DNA of 64,000 nt from Eledone cirrhosa (Eukaryota): the NCBI GenBank assembly GCA_964016885.1, contig OZ024742.1, positions 366,172,001-366,236,000 of the forward strand, read 5' to 3'. Positions 57,411 to 64,000 of this stretch are shown piece after piece. Both the position numbers and the translations under genes were made by a program. The first letter of the stretch is position 1; each line of letters begins with the position of its first letter. The notes beneath the pieces are model-generated. The model had not been told where the DNA came from and did no database searches. It saw only the letters and a list, made by a program, of their open reading frames with translations.

Positions 57411-59489
57411 TATTTTCTGTTTGTCATGTCACTATATTGTAGATATATCTTATAGTTCTCCTGATTTAGTGTCTGTTGTGTCACTGTATTGTAGATATAT
57501 CTTATAGTTCCCCTTATTTAGTGTCTGTTGTGTCACTACATTGTAGATATATCTTATAGTTCCCCTTATTTAGTGTCATATATGTCACTATATTGTAGAT
57601 ATATCTTATAGTTCCCCTTATTTAGTGTCTGTTATGTCACTGTATTGTAGATCTATCTTATAGTTCCCCTTATTTAGTGTCTGTTGTGTCACTGTATTGT
57701 AAATCTATCTTATAGTTCCTCTTATTTAGTGTCTGTTGCGTCACTGTATTGTAGATCTATCTTATAGTGCCCCTTTTTTAGTGTCTGTTGTGTCACTGTA
57801 TTATAGATATAACTTATAGTTCCCCTTATGTATTGTCTGTTGTGTCACTATATTGTAGATACATCGTGTAGTCCCCTTATTTAGTGTCTGTTGTGTCACT
57901 ATATTATAGATATATCTTATAGTTCACCTTATTTAGTGTTTGTCATGTCACTATATTGTAGATATATCTTATAGTTCTCCTTATTTAGTGTCTGTTGTGT
58001 CACCGTATTGTAGATATATTTTATAGTTCCCCTTATTTAGTGTCTGTTGTGTCACTATATTGTAGATATATCTTATAGTTCCCCTTATTTAGTGTCATAT
58101 ATGTCACTATATTGTAGATATATCTTATAGTTCCCCTTATTCAGTGTCTGTTGTATCACTGTATTGTAGATATATCTTATAGTTCCCCTTATTTAGTGTA
58201 TGTTTTGTCACTGTATTGTAGATCTAACTTATAGTTCCCCCTATTTAGTGTCTGTTGTGTCATTGTATTATAGATATAACTTATAGTTCCCCTTATTTAT
58301 TGACTGTTATGTCACTGTATTGTAGATATATCTTATAGTCCCCCTTATATAGTGTCTGTTGTGTCACTATATTGTAGATACATCGTGTAGTCCCCTTATT
58401 TAGTGTCTGTTGTGTCACTATATTATAGATATATCTTATAGTTCACCTTATTTACTGTTTGTCATGTCACTATATCGTAGATATATCTTATAGTTCTCCT
58501 GATTTAGTGTCTGTTGTGTCACTGTATTGTAGATATATCTTATAGTTCCCCTTATTTAGTGTCTGTTGTGTCACTATATTGTAGATATATCTTATAGTTC
58601 CCCTTATTTAGTGTCATATATGTCACTATATTGTAGATATATCTTATAGTTCCCCTTATTTAGTGTCTGTTATGTCACTGTATTGTAGATCTATCTTATA
58701 GTTCCCCTTATTTAGTGTCTGTTGTGTCACTGTATTGTAAATCTATCTTATAGTTCCTCTTATTTAGTGTCTGTTGTATCACTGTATTGTAGATATATCT
58801 TATAGTTCCCCTTATTTAGTGTCTGTTGTGTCACTGTATTGTATATCTATCTTATAGCGCCCCTTTTTTAGTGTCTGTTGTGTCACTGTATTATAGATAT
58901 AACTTATAGTTCCCCTTATGTATTGTCTGTTGTGTCACTATATTGTAGATACATCGTGTAGTCCCCTTATTTAGTGTCTGTCGTGTCACTATATTATAGA
59001 TATATCTTATAGTTCACCTTATCTAGTGTTTGTCATGTCACTATATTGTAGATATATCTTATAGTTCTCCTTACTTAGTGTCTGTTGTGTCACTGTATTG
59101 TAGATATATCTTATAGTTCTCCTTATTTAGTGTCTGTTGTGTCACTGTATTGTAGATATATCTTATAGTTCCCCTTATTTAGTGTCTGTTGTGTCACTGT
59201 ATTGTAGATCTATCTTATAGTTCCCCTTATTTAGTGTCTGTTGTGTCACTGTATGGTAGATATATCTTATAGTTCCCCTTATTTAGTGTCTGTTATTTCA
59301 CTGTATGGTAGATATATCTTATAGTTCCCCTTATTTAGTGTCTGTTGTGTCACTGTATGGTAGATATATCTTATAGTTCCCCTTATTTAGTGTCTGTTAT
59401 TTCACTGTATTGTAGATATATCTTATAGTTCATCTTATTTAGTGTCTGTTTTGTCACTATATTGTAGATCTATCTTATAGTTCCCCTTA

Positions 59490-60350
59490 TTTAGTGTCTG
59501 TTGTGTCACGTTATGGTAGATATATCTTATAGTTCCCCTTATTTAGTGTCTGTTATTTCACTATATTGTAGATATATCTTATAGTTCTCCTTAGTTAGTG
59601 TCTGTTTTGTCACTATATTGTAGATCTATCTTATAGTTCCCCTTATTTAGTGTCTGTTTTGTCACTATATTGTAGATATATCTTATAGTTCCCCTTATTT
59701 AGTGTCTGTTGTGTCACTGTATGGTAGATATATCTTATAGTTTCCCTTATTTAGTGTCTGTTATTTCACTATATTGTAGATATATCTTATAGTTCTCCTT
59801 ATTTAGTGTCTGTTTTGTCACTATATTGTAGATCTATCTTATAGTTCCCCTTATTTAGTGTCTGTTTTGTCACTATATTGTAGATCTATCTTATAGTTCC
59901 CCTTATTTAGTGTCTGTTGTGTCACTGTATGGTAGATATATCTTATAGTTCCCCTTATTTAGTGTCTGTTATTTCACTATATTGTAGATATATCTTATAG
60001 TTCTCCTTATTTAGTGTCTGTTTTGTCACTATATTGTAGATCTATCTTATAGTTCCCCTTATTTAGTGTCTGTTTTGTCACTATATTGTAGATCTATCTT
60101 ATAGTTCCCCTTATTTAGTGTCTGTTGTGTCACTGTATGGTAGATATATCTTATAGTTCCCCTTATTTAGTGTCTGTTATTTCACTATATTGTAGATATA
60201 TCTTATAGTTCCCCTTATTTAGTGTCTGTTTTGTCACTATATTGTAGATCTATCTGATAGTTCCCCTTATTTAGTGTCTGTTTTGTCACTATATTGTAAA
60301 TATATCTGATAGTTCATCTTATTTAGTGTCTGTTGTGTCACTGTATTGTA
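59490..60350. repeat. 208-bp (4-monomer) sub-repeat in the distal part of the satellite
   Basis: The ATGGTAG variant occurs at 59513, 59721, 59929 and 60137 (period 208), then at 60553 (+416). Each is followed by a GTTATTTCAC monomer and then GTTTTGTCAC monomers. Confidence 0.88.
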
Positions 60351-61982
60351 GATATATCTTATAGTTCCCCTCATTTAGTGTCTGTTGTGTCACTGTATTG
60401 TAGATCTATCTTATAGTTCTCCTTATTTAGTGTCTGTTATGTCACTATATTGTAGATCTATCTCATAGTTCCCCTTATTTAGTGTCTGTTTTGTCACTAT
60501 ATTGTAGATCTATCTTATAGTTCCCCTTATTTAGTGTCTGTTGTGTCACTGTATGGTAGATATATCTTATAGTTCTCCTTATTTAGTGTCTGTTATTTCA
60601 CTATATTGTAGATATATCTTATAGTTCCCCTTATTTAGTGTCTGTTTTGTCACTATATTGTAGATCTATCTCATAGTTCCCCTTATTTAGTGTCTGTTTT
60701 GTCACTATATTGTAGATCTATCTCATAGTTCCCCTTATTTAGTGTCTGTTTTGTCACTATATTGTAGATATATCTTATAGTTCCCCTTATTTAGTGTCTG
60801 TTTTGTCACTATATTGTAGATCTATCTTATAGTTCCCCTTATTTAGTGTCTGTTTTGTCACTATATTGTAGATCTATCTTATAGTTCCCCTTATTTGGTG
60901 TCTGTTTTTTCACTATATTGTAGATCTATCTTATAGTTCCCCTTATTTAGTGTCTGTTTTGTCACTATATTGTAGATATATTTTATAGTTCCCCTTATTT
61001 AGTGTCTGTTTTGTCACTATATTGTAGATCTATCTTATAGTTCCCCTTATTTAGTGTCTGTTTTGTCACTATACTGTAGATATATCTTATAGTTCACCTT
61101 ATTTAGTGTCTGTTTTGTCACTATATTGTAGATCTATCTTATAGTTCCCCTTATTTAGTGTCTGTTTTATCACTATATTGTAGATATATCTTATAGTTCC
61201 CCTTATTTAGTGTCTGTTGTGTCACTGTATTGTAGATATATCTTATAGTTCCCCTTATTTAGTGTCTGTTTTGTCACTATATTGTAGATCTATCTTATAG
61301 TTCCCCTTATTTAGTGTCTGTTTTGTCACTATATTGTAGATATATCTTATAGTTCACCTTATTTAGTGTCTGTTTTGTCACTATATTGTAGATCTATCTC
61401 ATAGTTCCCCTTATTTAGTGTCTGTTTTGTCACTATATTGTAGATATATCTTATAGTTCCCCTTATTTAGTGTCTGTTGTGTCACTGTATTGTAAATATA
61501 TCTTATAGTTCCCCTTATTTAGTGTCTGTTGTGTCACTGTATTGTAGATATATCTTATAGTTCCCCTTATTTAGTGTCTGTTGTGTCACTATATTGTAGA
61601 TATATCTTATAGTTCCCCTTATTTAGTGTCTGTTATGTCACTGTATTGTAGATCTATTTTATAGTTCCCCCTATTTAGTGTCAGTTGTGTCATTGTATTA
61701 TAGATATAACTTATAGTTCCTCTTATTTAGTGTCTGTTATGTCACTGTATTGTAGTTCTATCTTATAGTTCCCCTTATTTAGTGTCTGTTTTGTCACTGT
61801 ATTGTAGTTCTATCTTATAGTTCTCCTTATTTAGTGTCTGCTGTGTCACTGTATTGTAGATATATCTTATAGTTCCCCTTATTTAGTGTCTCTTATGTCA
61901 CTGTATTGTAGATCTATCTTATTTTATCATTCATGATTGATATTTGTTTCAGAAATTTTATATTATTATTGGTAGTACTATA

Positions 61983-62195
61983 GGACACTGCACTGTCAGT
62001 AATCGGTAGAGTGTCGGCCACCATGCTTTGCGGCATAGAGTTGTCTTCTTTTATGTTCTGAGTTGAAATTCCGCCGAGGTTAAAATTACTTTTCATCCTT
62101 ACTATGTCGATAAAATAAAGCACCAGTAATGCACTGAGGTCGATTCATTTGACTGTCTCCTACCCCCTAAATCGTTGGCCTTGTGCTAAAAGTAG

Positions 62196-62200
<5 letters not shown>
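61983..62200 (+). mobile_element. Diverged tRNA-derived SINE, resembling an abundant Octopus SINE family
   Basis: Degenerate A-box-like TGTCAGTAATCGG (about 61994-62006) and B-box-like GTTGAAATTCC (62062-62072). Central segment TTTTCATCCTTACTATGTCGATAAAATAAAGCACCAG and 3' end GGCCTTGTGCTAAAAGTAGAAATC are colinear with the octopus repeat as I remember it (…GTTCTGAGTTCAAATTCCGCCGAGGTCGACTTTGCCTTTCATCCTTTCGGGGTCGATAAAATAAGTACCAG…GGCCTTGTGCCAAAATTTGAAA). Recognition is from memory, not a database search. Confidence 0.8.
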
Positions 62201-62255
<55 letters not shown>

Positions 62256-62388
62256 CCACCATCACCACCGCCATCATCACCATCATCATCATCATCACCA
62301 TCATCATCATCACCACCATCACCACCGCCATCATCACCATCATCATCATCATCACTATCATCATCACCACCACCACCCCACCATCATT

Positions 62389-62422
<34 letters not shown>

Positions 62423-62454
62423 CCATCATCATCATCACCACCACCACCATCATT

Positions 62455-62506
<52 letters not shown>

Positions 62507-62534
62507 CCATCACCACCACCACCATCATCACCAC

Positions 62535-62585
<51 letters not shown>

Positions 62586-62651
62586 CATCATCATCACCAC
62601 CATCACCATCACCATCACCATCACCATCACCATCATCATCATCACAACCAC
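62198..62651. repeat. Compound (CAT)n/(CAC)n trinucleotide microsatellite, about 450 bp
   Basis: Directly visible CAT runs interrupted by CAC, CGC and TAT triplets, with phase slips near 62375. It begins exactly at the SINE 3' end. Confidence 0.99.
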
Positions 62652-62881
62652 GTCCATTGATCTTGTGAAAGAAATTAACCTGAAGAATGTAAAGTACCAG
62701 AAGCCAGAACCTTTCTAGAATGAAGTGAAGTGGAAATAGAAATAAGAGGTCGGCCAGTGTTTTAACATTGCCCTCTATTGTCAGGGGAATGGAGCAGATC
62801 TGCTTCAGATCCTTAACCCAACATTTCAAGTAGCACTCCAGTGTTCTTTATTGGACTTATGCTAGTGGGGGTGGGGATACC

Positions 62882-64000
62882 TGGCTTTGTGGCGAATTGG
62901 TTGAGAGACACATGGTTTTGTGGTTGATTGGTTGAGAGACACGTGGTTTTGTGGTGGATTGGTTGAGAGACACGTGACTTTGTGGCGAATTGGTTGAGAG
63001 ACACGTGGTTTTGTGGTTGATTGGTTGAGAGACACGTGGTTTTGTGGTGGATTGGTTGAGAGACACGTGACTTTGTGGCGAATTGGTTGAGAGACACGTG
63101 GTTTTGTGGTTGATTGATTGAGAGACACGTGGTTTTGTGGTGGATTGGTTGAGAGACACGTGACTTTGTGGCGAATTGGTTGAGAGACACGTGGTTTTGT
63201 GGTTGATTGATTGAGAGACACGTGGTTTTGTGGTGGATTGGTTGAGAGACACGTGACTTTGTTGTGAATTGGTTGAGAGACACGTGACTTTGTGGCGAAT
63301 TGGTTGAGAGACACGTGGTTTTGTGGTTGATTGATTGAGAGACACGTGGTTTTGTGGTGGATTGGTTGAGAGACACGTGACTTTGTTGTGAATTGGTTGA
63401 GAGACACGTGACTTTGTGGCGAATTGGTTGAGAGACACGTGGTTTTGTGGTGGATTGGTTGAGAGACACGTGACTTTGTTGTGAATTGGTTGAGAGACAC
63501 GTGACTTTGTGGCGAATTGGTTGAGAGACACGTGGTTTTGTGGTGGATTGGTTGAGAGACACGTGACTTTATGGTTGATTGATTGGTTGAGAGACACGTA
63601 GCTTTGTGGTTGATTGGTTGAGAAACACGTGACTTTGTGGTTGATTGGCTGAGAGACACGTGGCTTTGCGGTTGATTGGTTGGTTGAGAGACACGTGGCT
63701 TTGTGGTTGATTGATTGGTTGAGAGACACGTGGCTTTGTGGTTGATTGGCTGAGAGACACGTGACTTTGTGGTTGATTGGCTGAGAGACACGTGGCTTTG
63801 CGGTTGATTGGTTGGTTGAGAGACACGTGGTTTTGTGGTTGATTGATTGGTTGAGAGACACGTGGCTTTGTGGTTGATTGGCTGAGAGACACGTGACTTT
63901 GTGGTTGATTGGCTGAGAGACACGTGGCTTTGTGGTTGATTGATTGGTTGAGAGACACGTGGTTTTGTGGTTGATTGATTGGTTGAGAGACACGTGACTT
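62882..64000. repeat. 31-bp (35-bp variant) G/T-rich minisatellite, continuing past the window edge
   Basis: Unit approximately TGGTTGAGAGACACGTGGTTTTGTGGTTGAT. GAGAGAC occurs at 62903, 62934, 62965 and 62996 (period 31). 4-nt insertions (GATT/GGTT) give 35-bp units after about 63570. About 35 units in the window. Confidence 0.98.

Larger units (their letters stand above)
2242..61922. repeat. 52-bp tandem satellite array, about 59.7 kb, about 1,150 monomers, single orientation
   Basis: Consensus TTCCCCTTATTTAGTGTCTGTTRTGTCACTRTATTRTAGATMTATCTTATAG. The 52-bp period can be read directly (e.g. TRTATTGTAG at 2881 and 2933). Consensus is about 31% GC and about 48% T on the + strand, with no CpG. 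I saw no inversion or foreign insertion in the array. Confidence 0.99.

Noticed and set aside
2242-61922. CRISPR-like array next to an RT/nuclease gene
   Set aside because: Monomers are contiguous with no unique spacers, there are no cas genes, and the context is eukaryotic.
2242-61922. Hammerhead-ribozyme satellite or retrozyme mobilised by the PLE
   Set aside because: No CTGANGA and GAAA core on either strand of the consensus monomer.
61914-62123. 69-aa minus-strand ORF
   Set aside because: Antisense to the SINE, ends in the satellite, and has no protein features.
62149-62829. Poly-His, poly-Ile, poly-Ser, poly-Asp and poly-Met ORFs
   Set aside because: Translation artefacts of the (CAT/CAC)n microsatellite.
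62652-62881. Possible degraded RTE-LINE fragment (KPEPF*NEVKW; EWSRS)
   Set aside because: The resemblance is only a few residues, it is interrupted by stops, and the motif spacing looks too short. It would need a tBLASTn hit.
62813-63993. Long minus-strand ORFs of 129-378 aa
   Set aside because: The repeat unit lacks minus-strand stops, so all three frames are open and give the same permuted peptide. There is no evidence of coding.
62882-64000. ER-stress element (CCAAT-N9-CCACG) array, or telomeric repeat
   Set aside because: The spacing here is N11, not N9. There are no TTAGGG or TTAGG runs despite the G/T strand bias.

Overview
Eukaryotic, repeat-only window with no host gene and no prokaryotic features. 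(1) 1-2241, minus strand: an uninterrupted 747-codon frame that is missing from the supplied ORF track because it runs off the left edge. By hand translation it encodes a Penelope-like retroelement (PLE) polyprotein: DKS motif, RT with YVDD, thumb, Cys-rich linker and C-terminal GIY-YIG endonuclease. Its features match the Naiad clade. It is 5'-truncated exactly where the satellite starts. (2) 2242-61922: about 59.7 kb of one head-to-tail 52-bp AT-rich satellite (about 1,150 monomers). It has nested higher-order structure (4-, 10/11-, 36-, 45/46-, 47- and 74-mer units, an 8.3-kb super-unit, and long-range block copies at +15,570 and +18,945 bp) and built-in dyad symmetries, as seen in centromere-type arrays. 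(3) 61983-62200: a diverged tRNA-derived SINE resembling, from memory, an abundant Octopus family, followed by a (CAT/CAC)n tract. (4) 62882-64000: a 31/35-bp G/T-rich minisatellite with a CACGTG E-box and a CCAAT box in most units. The most interesting candidate system is a young, intact-frame PLE apparently inserted into an actively homogenising, centromere-like satellite. Host identity (cephalopod) and centromeric function are inferences.
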